The notes beneath the pieces were generated by a model. The model did no database searches. It saw only the letters and a program-made list of their open reading frames with translations, and was not told the origin of the DNA. A DNA stretch of 64,000 bases from Polyangiales bacterium (GTDB lineage: Bacteria > Myxococcota_A > Polyangia > Polyangiales > Ga0077539), in NCBI GenBank assembly GCA_044229975.1, contig JBGARZ010000001.1, positions 672,001 to 736,000 on the forward strand. Reading direction: 5' to 3'. A program made the position numbers and the translations under genes. Positions 54,251 to 63,999 of the stretch are shown one piece after another (the stretch's first letter is position 1; each line of letters begins with the position of its first letter).

Positions 54251-54691
54251 TTACCCTCGACGGCTGCGGAGCGCGTCGTCCGCGGAGGTCACCCGCAGCG
54301 CCCAGGTCACGGTGAAGGCCACCATCGCCATGCCCACCGGGGAGAGGGCGTTGAGCATGCGGTAACCCGCGGTGCCGATGGGGTAGAGGGCGTGCAGCCA
54401 GGGGAAGACGACCCCGCACGCGGTCGCCGGGAAGGCCGCGAGGTAGACCCAGCGCCGACGCTCCGGGGCGGTGGTCAGAAACGAGGCGACGGTGATGCCG
54501 GCGAGGAAGGAGATCTGGTTGGAGAAGAGTTCTCCCGCCGGGTCTTCGGTCTGGTAGCGCGGCCCGAGGCCCGCGTGGAGGAACAACACCAGCAACGCCC
54601 CGAGCGCCCCCGCGACGGAGAGCCAGCGGGTGGGCGCGTCGTGCCCCTGCGACGACAGCTGCGGTGTGTTGGGTTCGGGTCGCTCGGCCAC
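54251..54691 (-). CDS. Hypothetical four-TM membrane protein
   Basis: Four hydrophobic segments; start uncertain. Confidence 0.5.
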   Translation of the reverse strand: MAERPEPNTPQLSSQGHDAPTRWLSVAGALGALLVLFLHAGLGPRYQTEDPAGELFSNQISFLAGITVASFLTTAPERRRWVYLAAFPATACGVVFPWLHALYPIGTAGYRMLNALSPVGMAMVAFTVTWALRVTSADDALRSRRG

Positions 54692-54737
54692 GGCCGCGAC
54701 AGCGTCGCACAGGTGCCGCGTCGAGCGAGAGTACCCG

Positions 54738-55880
54738 TCACCCCGCCCCGAACTCACTCAGCAGAAACCTCACCAACGCCTCGCACTTGGGCACCAGCGA
54801 GTCGAGCTCGACGTACTCGTCCGGCGTGTGAAACCCGCGACCGCGCGGCCCCAGTCCATCGATGGATGGGACCCCAATGGATGCCGTCGTGGAGGCGTCG
54901 CTACCGCCGCCCTGAAGGTCCGCCTCACCATCGAACAGGCCCGCGGCGCGCTGGCAGATGCCGTAGCGCTCAGCCCATCGCGCGCTCTCGGCGCTGCGCT
55001 CCAGGGGCCAGCGGGCGACGCCGCCTTGCAGCGCCATCGTGACGCCCTCGACCGTCGGATGGCTCGCGGTGTCGCGCAGGAATGCCTCCAGGCGGGCGGC
55101 GTCTTCGGTGCGCTCGAAGCGCCCGTCGAGCTCGGCCTCGCAGTGGGCGGGGACGGTGTTCTTGGAGGTTCCGCCGCGGACGGTGCCGACGTTGACGGTG
55201 ACGCCGCGCGTGTAGTCGGTCTGCGCCTCGGCCGCCTCGATGAAGCGCGCCATCGCCCGGATCGCGCTCGCGCCCTCGTGGTGCGCGTTGCCCGCGTGCG
55301 CTGCCCGCCCCGTCGCGCGCGCCGTCATCGCCATGGTGCCCTTGCGGCGCGTGATGATCGCGTCGCCGCGTCGCCCCGCCTCGAACACCAGCGCCACCGT
55401 CGCGCCCTTCGCGGCGGCAGCGAGGTGCGGCGCGCTCTCGGGTGATCCCACCTCCTCGTCGGCCACCACCGCCATCGTCAACGGAACCCTCCCCAGCGCG
55501 CCCGCCGCTCGCAGCGCGTGGAGCGCGAAGGTCATCACCACCAGTCCGCCCTTCATGTCGAGCACACCAGGACCACGCGCGATGTCTCCGTCCGCGCGGT
55601 AGCCCGCGAACACCTCGCGCGGAAACACCGTGTCGTGGTGACCCACCAGCACCACGCCGCCATCGCCCGCCGTGCGCACGTTGTCGAAGAAGAGGTGCGC
55701 CCCGAAGCGCTCGCTCGCCACCGCCCGACACGGCAACGGAACCGCCGCCCGCAACACCGCCCCCGCCGCGTCGACCCCGCGGCGATCGAGCGTGTACGAG
55801 CTCTCCTCCACCAGCGCGCGGAGGAGCGTCTCCATCGCCGACCGCTGCCCCCGCAACCACGCCACCGCGTCGTCGATCAT
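54738..55880 (-). CDS. M20 family metallopeptidase (glutamate carboxypeptidase-like)
   Basis: GHHDTV, GPGVLDMKGG, DEEVGS, AAHAG, GGSDA, DGLGPRG..FHTPDE. Confidence 0.92.
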   Translation of the reverse strand: MIDDAVAWLRGQRSAMETLLRALVEESSYTLDRRGVDAAGAVLRAAVPLPCRAVASERFGAHLFFDNVRTAGDGGVVLVGHHDTVFPREVFAGYRADGDIARGPGVLDMKGGLVVMTFALHALRAAGALGRVPLTMAVVADEEVGSPESAPHLAAAAKGATVALVFEAGRRGDAIITRRKGTMAMTARATGRAAHAGNAHHEGASAIRAMARFIEAAEAQTDYTRGVTVNVGTVRGGTSKNTVPAHCEAELDGRFERTEDAARLEAFLRDTASHPTVEGVTMALQGGVARWPLERSAESARWAERYGICQRAAGLFDGEADLQGGGSDASTTASIGVPSIDGLGPRGRGFHTPDEYVELDSLVPKCEALVRFLLSEFGAG

Positions 55881-56008
55881 CGGACCATGCAACGCCTCCG
55901 CAGCCCTGCCAGCAAGGGCGTTCGCATCGTTGACAGGCTATGTCCCACCCCCTGTTGCTGCGCGCTCGGTCGCTGCCTACGGTGACGGTCATCGGAGGCA
56001 CTGCCGCG

Positions 56009-57382
56009 ATGACGAGCTTGATGGACACCGACACCCTGCGCCGACTCGATCATGCCCTGCGGCAACACCCGTGGCAGCACCCCAACGCGGGCGCCGCGCG
56101 GGGTCGCGAGCTGGGTCTGGCGCTGCTCCAGGGGCTGCGCGAGACGCTGCCCACCTGCGATGTGGCGACGGCGGTCACCATGGCCGTCGATGCCGCAACG
56201 CCACCCGCGGACAGCGTCGAGCGCGGCTTCGAAGAGCAGTGGGCGCGGTACACCCTCGCGTGGGCGGCGCACTCGCTCGTGGCGCAGTCCATCGGCGCCG
56301 AGGCCCACGTCGCCGCGGCCTTGCGCTCGGTGGCGGGCGCCATTGCGGGCGTTCCGTTGCGGGTGCGCGGCGGGCACGATGCGGACGATGCGAGCGTGTT
56401 CGAGGCGATGACCGACGCCACGCGGGCGGCCTTCGACGCGAGCGAAGGTGGTGACTTCGTGGCGGTGCTGTTGCAGCAGGTGAAACACTCGGCGTCGCTG
56501 CTCGCCGTGGGCAACCATCAGGTGGACGACCTCCTGCGCGGCGCCGTCATTCGCGCCGATCGGGTGGCCCACGCCCGCAACGTCCGCGCGTGGACAGAGG
56601 CGTCCATGGTCGACCGCCGCGCGCTGGTGGCGCATGGGCTGTCCGAGGCGGCGTGGCTGCTCGCGGCGCGGTCGACCGACGAGGGTGACCCGCGGGTGCG
56701 GCGGCGCCTCGTGCGCATCGCGTGTCAGCTCGCGGCGCGCGTCGATCGCGTGGGGCTCTGGGTCCCCGTGACGAGCGCGATTGCACCCGCCCCGACGACG
56801 ACGGTTCCGATGACTTCGACAACCACGGCGACGGTCCCGACGACCGCGGCGCCCGCAGTGCCTTCCCCCAAGACGACGGAGCGAACCATGGACGACAAGA
56901 AGACCAACCCGATGCTCAAGTCCCTCGAAGTCGACGCCACCGACGCCGCGTGGCGCCTCGCCGGGTCGCAGTTCGTGAAGCTCGCGCGCGACCCGGTCGT
57001 CGCCCTGCTCTCGCGTCACCTCGGGCCCGACGACCCGTCGCTCCGCGCGCGCATCGCCGCCTTCCTCGACACCGAGCTCGGCGCCTCGCTCATGTCGGGC
57101 ATCCTTTCGGTGGGGCTCTCGGCCATTCCCCTCCCGGCCAACGACGTGTCCCATCGGCTGTCGCGAGAGCTCCGCGTGCGGGCGATGGCGGGCGCCGGTG
57201 ACGTCATCGCCGACGTGCTCATGGGTCCGCTTCGCCAGGTGGCCGTGACCTACCTCCAGGCTGCGCCCAAGGTCGATGACGAGGTGAGCGCGCCGAAGGA
57301 GCCGCAGGGGCTGCCGGGGAGCGTCTTCCTCGACGCGCTCAAGACCGCGGCGGCGACGACCGCGGTGGAGTCCGCTGCGTAG
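56009..57382 (+). CDS. Hypothetical two-domain helical protein with Thr/Pro linker
   Basis: GGAGG RBS before ATG 56009; coding bias; possible internal start at 56888. Confidence 0.65.
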   Translation: MTSLMDTDTLRRLDHALRQHPWQHPNAGAARGRELGLALLQGLRETLPTCDVATAVTMAVDAATPPADSVERGFEEQWARYTLAWAAHSLVAQSIGAEAHVAAALRSVAGAIAGVPLRVRGGHDADDASVFEAMTDATRAAFDASEGGDFVAVLLQQVKHSASLLAVGNHQVDDLLRGAVIRADRVAHARNVRAWTEASMVDRRALVAHGLSEAAWLLAARSTDEGDPRVRRRLVRIACQLAARVDRVGLWVPVTSAIAPAPTTTVPMTSTTTATVPTTAAPAVPSPKTTERTMDDKKTNPMLKSLEVDATDAAWRLAGSQFVKLARDPVVALLSRHLGPDDPSLRARIAAFLDTELGASLMSGILSVGLSAIPLPANDVSHRLSRELRVRAMAGAGDVIADVLMGPLRQVAVTYLQAAPKVDDEVSAPKEPQGLPGSVFLDALKTAAATTAVESAA

Positions 57383-57427
57383 AGTTGACCCTCCCCTGCC
57401 GTTGGGATTACCAACGGCGCCATCTTC

Positions 57428-57679
57428 ATGGCAGCCGCTCACGGTCACGACCCCCACCACGACGACGACCACGGCCACGCCAAGGGTCACGCCCACGCGC
57501 ACCCCGAGCCCGCGGAAGACGCCCTCGTCACGCCGGGATGGATGCCCTTCGTCGGCCTCGGGCTGCTCCTGTCCGCCGCGCTCGGCATCTACCTGTTCCT
57601 GTCGCCCGGCGTGCTGGCTACGTCGGCCGACGCGGGCGCGGGTGACGGCGGCGACGTCGCGGCCGACGCGGCCCATTGA
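57428..57679 (+). CDS. Small His/Asp-rich single-TM protein
   Basis: HGHDPHHDDDHGHAKGHAHAH followed by one TM helix. Confidence 0.6.
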   Translation: MAAAHGHDPHHDDDHGHAKGHAHAHPEPAEDALVTPGWMPFVGLGLLLSAALGIYLFLSPGVLATSADAGAGDGGDVAADAAH

Positions 57680-57731
57680 GTTTCGCACTCCACCGAATCA
57701 CTCCCCACCCCAGCGAAGAGCGAGGCAGGCG

Positions 57732-58124
57732 ATGGCCGATGTCCCGTCCGACTTGAAGTACACGAAGGATCACGAGTGGGCCCGCATCGAGGGCAACCGG
57801 GTCACCGTCGGCGTCACCCAGCACGCGGTCGATCAGCTCGGGGACATCATCCTCGTGAGCGTCGACGCCAAGGTCGGCGCGGCCGTCGCGGCGGGCAAGG
57901 TGTTCGGCGTGGTCGAGTCGACCAAGTCGGTGAGCGACCTCTTCGCGCCCGTCAGCGGCACCGTGCTCTCGGTCAACGAGGCCCTCAAGGACTCGCCCGA
58001 GAAGGTCAACGAGTCCCCCTACGACGCCGGCTGGATGGTCGTCTTCGAAGTGGCGGGAACGCCCACCGACCTCGACGGGTTGATGGACGCGGCCGCCTAC
58101 GGCGCCTATCTCGGCTCGCTCTAG
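57732..58124 (+). CDS. gcvH: Glycine cleavage system H protein (lipoyl carrier)
   Basis: LKYTKDHEW, VESTKSVSDL lipoyl-Lys motif, NESPYDAGW. Confidence 0.96.
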   Translation: MADVPSDLKYTKDHEWARIEGNRVTVGVTQHAVDQLGDIILVSVDAKVGAAVAAGKVFGVVESTKSVSDLFAPVSGTVLSVNEALKDSPEKVNESPYDAGWMVVFEVAGTPTDLDGLMDAAAYGAYLGSL

Positions 58125-58164
58125 CGCGCTCCGCCTCGTACACCCCACCTCAGGACCCAAGCAC

Positions 58165-59109
58165 ATGCACAAAGTCATCATCGTGGGCAGCGGCCCCGCG
58201 GGGCTCACGGCTGCCATCTACGCGGGTCGCGCCAACATGGCCCCCGTGGTCATCGAGGGTCTCGGGGCGGACCACCAGCCGGGCGGTCAGCTCATGATCA
58301 CCACCGAGGTGGAGAACTACCCGGGCTTCCCGCACGGGGTCACCGGGCCGAAGATGATGGAGCTGTTCCGCGAGCAGGCCGAGCGCTTCGGGACGACCTT
58401 CCTCACCGAAGACGCGCTGCGCGTCGAGCTGCACGGCCCGGTGAAGCGCGTGTGGGTCGAGAGCCAGACGGAGCCGCTCGAAGCGCACTCCATCATCATC
58501 GCGACCGGCGCCGTCGCGCGCTGGATCGGCGCCCCCGGCGAGAAGGAACTCCAGAACTATGGCGTGTCGGCCTGCGCGACGTGCGACGGGTCGTTCTTCA
58601 AGGGCCAGGAGGTCATCGTGGTGGGCGGCGGCGACACGGCGCTGGAGGAGGCCCTGTACCTCTCCAACCTCGCGAGCACCGTCTACCTCGTGCACCGCCG
58701 CGACACCCTGCGCGCCAGCAAGATCATGCAAGACCGCGCGCTCAAGAACCCGAAGATCAAGTTCATCTGGAACGCCGAGATCGCCGAGGTCCGCGACGTG
58801 GCGGCGAAGAAGGTGACGTCGGTGATCCTGCGCGACACGGTCTCTGGTGAGACGCGCGAGATGCGCATCGACGCGGTGTTCGTGGCCATCGGTCACACGC
58901 CCGCGTCGGGTCTCGTCGAGGGCGTGGTCGACGCGCACGACAACGGCTACCTGCGCGTGGCCCACGGCTCGACCAACACCAACATCCCGGGTGTGTTCGC
59001 GTGCGGCGATGTGGCCGACCACGTGTACCGCCAGGCCATCACCGCCGCGGGCTCTGGCTGCATGGCCGCCATCGACGCCGAGCGCTACGTCTCGGCGCTC
59101 ATCGGCTGA
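58165..59109 (+). CDS. trxB: Thioredoxin-disulfide reductase
   Basis: GSGPAG, VENYPGF, CATCDG, GGGDTA, HRRD, YRQAITAAGSG. Confidence 0.97.
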   Translation: MHKVIIVGSGPAGLTAAIYAGRANMAPVVIEGLGADHQPGGQLMITTEVENYPGFPHGVTGPKMMELFREQAERFGTTFLTEDALRVELHGPVKRVWVESQTEPLEAHSIIIATGAVARWIGAPGEKELQNYGVSACATCDGSFFKGQEVIVVGGGDTALEEALYLSNLASTVYLVHRRDTLRASKIMQDRALKNPKIKFIWNAEIAEVRDVAAKKVTSVILRDTVSGETREMRIDAVFVAIGHTPASGLVEGVVDAHDNGYLRVAHGSTNTNIPGVFACGDVADHVYRQAITAAGSGCMAAIDAERYVSALIG

Positions 59110-59153
59110 CGTTCGCTTTGCGGGCGACGCCGACTCGTCCACAATCCAAAGCC

Positions 59154-59642
59154 ATGAGCGACACCACCGAGACCGTCACCGCGACGGCGAACCCCATCGC
59201 GCGCATCGCGCTGTTCCAGGGTCTTTCGCCGAAGTCGCTGGCCCGCGTGGCGAGCATCACGACGGCGCAGCGCTACCCCATCGGCACGGTGCTCTTCCGC
59301 GCCGGTGACGTGGGCGACCGGCTCTACATGCTGACCGAAGGGCGCGTGCGCATCTCGCGCGAGGTGCCTGGCATGGGCGAAGAGGCGCTCGCCATCATGG
59401 GGCCGGGCGACTACTTCGGAGAGATGGCCGTGATCGACCCGGCGCCGCGCAGCGCCGACGCGCACGTCCACGAGGCGTGCTCGGTGCTGGAGATCCGGAA
59501 GGACGAGATGGAGCACCTGATGCTGGTGCACCGCGACCTCGCCTACGAGGTGCTCTGGAACGTCGTACGCACCCTCACCACGCGACTGCGCGACACCACC
59601 GACAAGGTGACGTTCCTCGCGGTGACCGGGAAGTTCTCCTGA
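59154..59642 (+). CDS. Stand-alone cyclic nucleotide-binding domain protein
   Basis: LFRAGD.GD, GDYFGEMA, PRSADA; ends after the C-helix with no HTH. Confidence 0.88.
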   Translation: MSDTTETVTATANPIARIALFQGLSPKSLARVASITTAQRYPIGTVLFRAGDVGDRLYMLTEGRVRISREVPGMGEEALAIMGPGDYFGEMAVIDPAPRSADAHVHEACSVLEIRKDEMEHLMLVHRDLAYEVLWNVVRTLTTRLRDTTDKVTFLAVTGKFS

Positions 59643-59643
59643 A

Positions 59644-60177
59644 CTACTGACTGTTGGCCGCGCCGGGTGTGCGTCGCGTGGCGGCGAACGCGCCGGTGCC
59701 GTCGGGGAAGCGCCCGTAGGTGAAGCCCGACGGGGCGGCGTTGGCGGGGTAGTGCGTCGTCGCGACGACCTGGTTCTCCGGGTCGACGAGGTGGATGTTT
59801 TCGCCGCGGCTGCCGGAGATGCCACCGGCGGTGCCGCGCGCGCAGACGTACGGCGTCGTCGACGACGGGCATGCGCCCTCGAAGAGCACCAGCACCCGAC
59901 CGCCAGCCGGAACCGTCGTCCCCGCGGGGAAGCGGATCGCGTGGCTCAGCTTGGGGAAGCCGTCCTTGCGGCTGTCGGTGACGGCGTAGCCGGAGATGTC
60001 GAGCGGTGTTGCGCCGGTGTTGAAGAGCTCGGCGAAGTCGTCGCCCGAGGCGCCAAACTCGTTGAAGGTGAGCTGCGCGGCGACCGGGTCTTCGCTCGCG
60101 CAGGACGCGCACGCCGCGGCGAGCAGCCACGCCAACCACGGAGTCTTCGGGGGGTTGGGCATCGATGGGTTCCTCAT
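59644..60177 (-). CDS. Lamin-tail domain lipoprotein
   Basis: Lipobox-like CASC, FNEF...DFAELFNTG..PLDISGY..TD, YGRFPDGTG, TPGAAN. Confidence 0.8.
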   Translation of the reverse strand: MRNPSMPNPPKTPWLAWLLAAACASCASEDPVAAQLTFNEFGASGDDFAELFNTGATPLDISGYAVTDSRKDGFPKLSHAIRFPAGTTVPAGGRVLVLFEGACPSSTTPYVCARGTAGGISGSRGENIHLVDPENQVVATTHYPANAAPSGFTYGRFPDGTGAFAATRRTPGAANSQ

Positions 60178-60800
60178 GGGGTCGCGGCGGGCGCGCGGGG
60201 CGGGCGCGCGGGGCGAGCGGGCTGGTGGAAGGAGACGGAGATGCCGAGGGTCCACCACTGGATGCTGCTGGTGTCCTGATCGGGGAGCGCGGTGTACGGG
60301 AAGTTGTAGCGGCCGAAGCCCTCGCGGCCCTCCCACACGTGACCCACGCGGAGCACCGGGCCGAGCGAGACGTTGGGGCCGAGGTCGAACGCGTAGCCCA
60401 CGCCCACGTCGAAGCCGGGACGCACCACCGTGCCCGGGAGGTACACACCGAAGTCGGCGTCGGCCCAGAGGCTTCCACGGCGACCGAGCGGTGCGCTCAC
60501 GCGGAGACCGAGGGTGCCCGCCACGAGCTGGATGTTGCGGCGGTCACGAACAAACTGACCGAAGGTTCCGCCGAACTGGAGGTACAGCGGGCCGACGAGG
60601 CGGAGGTCGAAGCGGCCGTGCGTGGTGACGGCGGGCGTTCCGAAGTCCACGCCCGCGTGGTCGAAGTCGTGGATCATCGTGCCCGCGCCGAGCTCCAGGT
60701 TGAAGCTCCAGCGACGCGGCGTGGGGCGACGCGCGTCCTGCGCGAACGCGGCCGAGGGCACGAGCAGCCCGACGAGGGCGAGTGTCGCGAGGGCCTTCAT
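60174..60800 (-). CDS. Small outer-membrane beta-barrel protein
   Basis: Signal peptide AFA-Q, alternating Gly/aromatic strands; ATGA overlaps on both sides. Confidence 0.65.
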   Translation of the reverse strand: MKALATLALVGLLVPSAAFAQDARRPTPRRWSFNLELGAGTMIHDFDHAGVDFGTPAVTTHGRFDLRLVGPLYLQFGGTFGQFVRDRRNIQLVAGTLGLRVSAPLGRRGSLWADADFGVYLPGTVVRPGFDVGVGYAFDLGPNVSLGPVLRVGHVWEGREGFGRYNFPYTALPDQDTSSIQWWTLGISVSFHQPARPARPPRAPAATP

Positions 60801-61492
60801 GGTCGCGTCATGTCCAGGGTCCAGCGGGCGCTCAAACCAAGCATGTTGACGTTGGGCTCGTCGATGAACGACGGCATGTCGCGCATGTAATAGACCCGGA
60901 ACTGCCAGCGAGAAGCCTGCACCGCGAAGCCCGCGCCGACGCGCCAGCGGTCGTGTCCGACGTCGGGGTCGATGCGCGTCCAGTGCTCGCCAAACACGTT
61001 GGCGGTGAAGGGCCCCGGCAGGTGGAACTCCACGTTGATGCGGTTGCGCCACATGCTCCGATCGTCGGCGATGGAGACGCCGTAGTCCTCCTGCGTGACG
61101 GTTCGCCACTGCACGCGCGAGCGAAACTCCACGTCGATGCGACGCCACTCCCACTGCGCCGATGCGTCGAAGTGCAGGCGGTGTCCCTGTTCGAGATCAC
61201 CGAGGCCGTTGCGGCGCCAGAGGTAGCGGTAGCCCACGCCAAGTCGCAGCGGACCGACGACGCGGTAGTCGACCTCCAGCTCCGGGATGACCCGGCGGAG
61301 GCCGTACTCCGAGAAGCGGACGTTCTCGGTGAAGGTGAGCCGCAGTCGACGGATGGGGACGAGGCGGGCGCCGAACTCGGCCCAGTACTCCATGCTCTCG
61401 ACGTTGGCGTGGGCGACGCTGGGGAGCGCGAGCGTCGCGACGGTCACCAGCGCGGAGGCGAAGAGGCGGGCGGGCGATGGAGTGGACGGCAA
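60797..61492 (-). CDS. DUF2490-like outer-membrane beta-barrel protein
   Basis: Signal peptide AHA-N, LGVGYRY, HRL, RSRVQWR, WRNRI, RWRVGAG; start uncertain. Confidence 0.65.
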   Translation of the reverse strand: MPSTPSPARLFASALVTVATLALPSVAHANVESMEYWAEFGARLVPIRRLRLTFTENVRFSEYGLRRVIPELEVDYRVVGPLRLGVGYRYLWRRNGLGDLEQGHRLHFDASAQWEWRRIDVEFRSRVQWRTVTQEDYGVSIADDRSMWRNRINVEFHLPGPFTANVFGEHWTRIDPDVGHDRWRVGAGFAVQASRWQFRVYYMRDMPSFIDEPNVNMLGLSARWTLDMTRP

Positions 61493-61584
61493 CGGGTGTC
61501 TCCAGAACGCGCCCTGACGCGGGAGCGAGTCTCTTCGGTGACTGAATGGTGACGATGCGCCGGGCGCTTCGAGAATTCCATCCC

Positions 61585-62844
61585 TCAGCGCGCGAGCCAC
61601 GCGCACGGCCCAGCGGGGACGACGGCGGGCGCACTCCGTGGTCGACGGCGTACGAGCTGACGGAGGCGCTGCCAGTCGCGGGTCACCTGCTCGGCGTAGC
61701 GCACCGCGACGTCGGCCTGTTCATCAGCGAAGGCATCACGGTCGGCGGTGACCGCCCCCATCAACGATCGCCGGTGGATGGCCGCGAGGTGGGCACCGAG
61801 CGTTTGCGCGAGGTCATGCAGCGCGGCGAACTCACCGAGCGGACCGCGCAGCTTCGTGACGCGAAGCCCACGCGACGCATCGACCTCCGCGCGCACCTGA
61901 ACGGGACAGCCGCGCCACGTCGTCGCGCCCCACAACGGGTCGGCGTCGGCGTGCGTCCAGAGCGCTCGTCGCGCGGCGATCACCCTCGCCACCGGGTCGG
62001 GTTGGGGCTGCGGCATCGGGGCGTCGACCAGCTCCTTCAGCTCGACGATCACGTCGTCACCCGGGTCGTCCGTCGGACCTCGCAGGAGCAACAGCAGACG
62101 CACGCGACCCAGACTCGCCGTCCCACGACCCAACGCGCGCACCACATCGAGCACCGTGAAGAACACCGCGTCGCGCGGCTCGACCAGCGTCGCGCGGTAC
62201 GACGTCATGAGCTCCGCGGTCGCGTCGCGCACAGGAGCACCCACGTCTTCCAGGCGCTTGTTCGGGTCGTTGCGATCGATGGACCCGCGACGCAAGCGAC
62301 GGGTGCCTCCGTCGAGCACGGTGAAGTCTTCGAGCTCGTCGCGGCGGCTCACGGCCCGTTGTGTGCGCGTGAGCAGCTCGTCGACCACGGCGCCGTTGCT
62401 CGGAGGTGGAGCGCCCGCGATGCCATCGGCGTAGGCCAGCGCGGCGGTGCGGGCGAGCTCGCGGCCGTGGCGGGGAGCGGCGAGGCACAGCGCGACCGAG
62501 AGGCGGCGCAGGTCCCACAGGTACGAGACGGGGCCCGCGCAGTCGAGGTCGTTGGCCTCGAAGGTGACGCGACCGTCGCGACCGACGAGCGTGCCGAAGT
62601 TCTCGACGTGGGGGTCGCCCACGCTGAAGGGGCGCGCGTGCTGATCGTCGAAGCGCGAGCGAGCGAGGCCGGTGGCCGGGTCGAGCCAGTCGCTCAAGAA
62701 CACCGGGAGCGCGGCGCGGTAGAAGGAGAAGGGCGACGCGATGACACGCGACGGATCGAAGCCGTCGACGAGGGAGAGCAGGCGCGCGTCGCGGTCGTCG
62801 CCCACGTCGGCGGTGACGACGGCGAGCGCAGCGGCGAGCAGCAT
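61585..62844 (-). CDS. DUF2252 family kinase-like protein
   Basis: SPFSFYR, GDPHVENFG, FEANDLD, WDLRRL, GTASLG..R, LKE. Confidence 0.8.
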   Translation of the reverse strand: MLLAAALAVVTADVGDDRDARLLSLVDGFDPSRVIASPFSFYRAALPVFLSDWLDPATGLARSRFDDQHARPFSVGDPHVENFGTLVGRDGRVTFEANDLDCAGPVSYLWDLRRLSVALCLAAPRHGRELARTAALAYADGIAGAPPPSNGAVVDELLTRTQRAVSRRDELEDFTVLDGGTRRLRRGSIDRNDPNKRLEDVGAPVRDATAELMTSYRATLVEPRDAVFFTVLDVVRALGRGTASLGRVRLLLLLRGPTDDPGDDVIVELKELVDAPMPQPQPDPVARVIAARRALWTHADADPLWGATTWRGCPVQVRAEVDASRGLRVTKLRGPLGEFAALHDLAQTLGAHLAAIHRRSLMGAVTADRDAFADEQADVAVRYAEQVTRDWQRLRQLVRRRPRSAPAVVPAGPCAWLAR

Positions 62845-62904
62845 CGCGAGGGGGCGCGTTCGGGGCACTGGATCGGGGCGCGACGCTAACAGAGAGCGGC
62901 GGCT

Positions 62905-63999
62905 CTACTCGCTCCGTCCGGGGTACGGGCGGGCCTGCTTGACGACGAGGCGCGCGGGCTCGGCCGTCCCGCCGCGGTCGAACTTGAACTCGACGTCCAT
63001 CGCGTACCAGCCGTTGTTGCCCGCGGCCGGTCCGTACGCCGCGGAGAAGCGCTGGTGGATGGCGGTGAGCGCGGTGCCGAGCTCGTGCACCTGCGTGGGC
63101 GTGAGCACGGTGAAGCCCGCGGGCACCAGGTTGGAGCGCGCGAGGTAGGTCACCGGCTGCCCCGGCTGGCTGAAGTAGTGGAGAAACTGATCGCTCGTGA
63201 TGCCGGGTCGCGGGTGCACCACCTCCACGTCGCCGCCGAACTGCACGTTGACGTAGAGCGCCGGGTCGAGGCCCGACTCGTCGAAGGGGTTGGCCGTGAC
63301 GGCGACGCCGTTCGCGTCCTCGTCGGGGAAGTTGTAGTGCACCAGCAGCGCCATGCCGACGGAGCGGTGGTCGACGCCGTAGTAGCTGCGCTCTTCGTAG
63401 GTGCGGTACGACCACGAGCTCGCGTAGGTCTCGCGGATGGCGTTGAGGAGGTTGTTCCACTCGGCGGGGTCGCCCGAGTGGGACTCGTAACAACCCGCGC
63501 AGGGGAAGCCTTCGAGGTCTTCGCTGTTGGTGCTCGTGCGGAAGCGCAGCGTGCCGTTGGAGAAGTCCGTGCGGATCTTCTCGCGGAGCTGCGCCTGTAG
63601 CCCTTCGTCGACGGTTCCGGCCATGATCGCGTCGTGAAACTCGCCGAGGCGGCTCGCGCGGTACGCCGAGTTGTCGCGAAACTGCGCGTCGGCCTGGAGC
63701 GCCGCGAGGCGATCGTAGAGCCCGTTGTCGCGCATGAACTTGTCGTAGAAGTACACGGGCACCGCGAAGGCCGGTCGCACCGGGACGCCCGGCGTACGCG
63801 CCAGGATGGAGTACTGCGCAGCCTTGCCACCGTAGGCGCGCGTCGCGGCCACGAGGTTGGCGCGCAGGGTCTGCGTGCCGGTGGGCTCCGGCGTGACGTC
63901 CTCGATGTCGACGATGGTCTGCGCCGTGAGGTCGAGCGGTGGGAGGGTGATGGCCGTGGGGCGGTGCGCGGCCCAGTAGGTCTCGGCCTCGGTCTGGGT
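62905..63999 (-). CDS. PEP/pyruvate-binding (PPDK_N ATP-grasp) domain protein, 5' partial
   Basis: GGKAA, FRTSTNSEDLEGF..AGCYES, NGVAVT, MDVEFK, KQARPY at the very C-terminus; frame open to the window edge. Confidence 0.85.
   Translation of the reverse strand, partial: TQTEAETYWAAHRPTAITLPPLDLTAQTIVDIEDVTPEPTGTQTLRANLVAATRAYGGKAAQYSILARTPGVPVRPAFAVPVYFYDKFMRDNGLYDRLAALQADAQFRDNSAYRASRLGEFHDAIMAGTVDEGLQAQLREKIRTDFSNGTLRFRTSTNSEDLEGFPCAGCYESHSGDPAEWNNLLNAIRETYASSWSYRTYEERSYYGVDHRSVGMALLVHYNFPDEDANGVAVTANPFDESGLDPALYVNVQFGGDVEVVHPRPGITSDQFLHYFSQPGQPVTYLARSNLVPAGFTVLTPTQVHELGTALTAIHQRFSAAYGPAAGNNGWYAMDVEFKFDRGGTAEPARLVVKQARPYPGRSE

Noticed and set aside
62905..63999. Rifamycin phosphotransferase or PEP synthase
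   Set aside because: The ATP-grasp domain is C-terminal with no downstream substrate or phospho-His domain.
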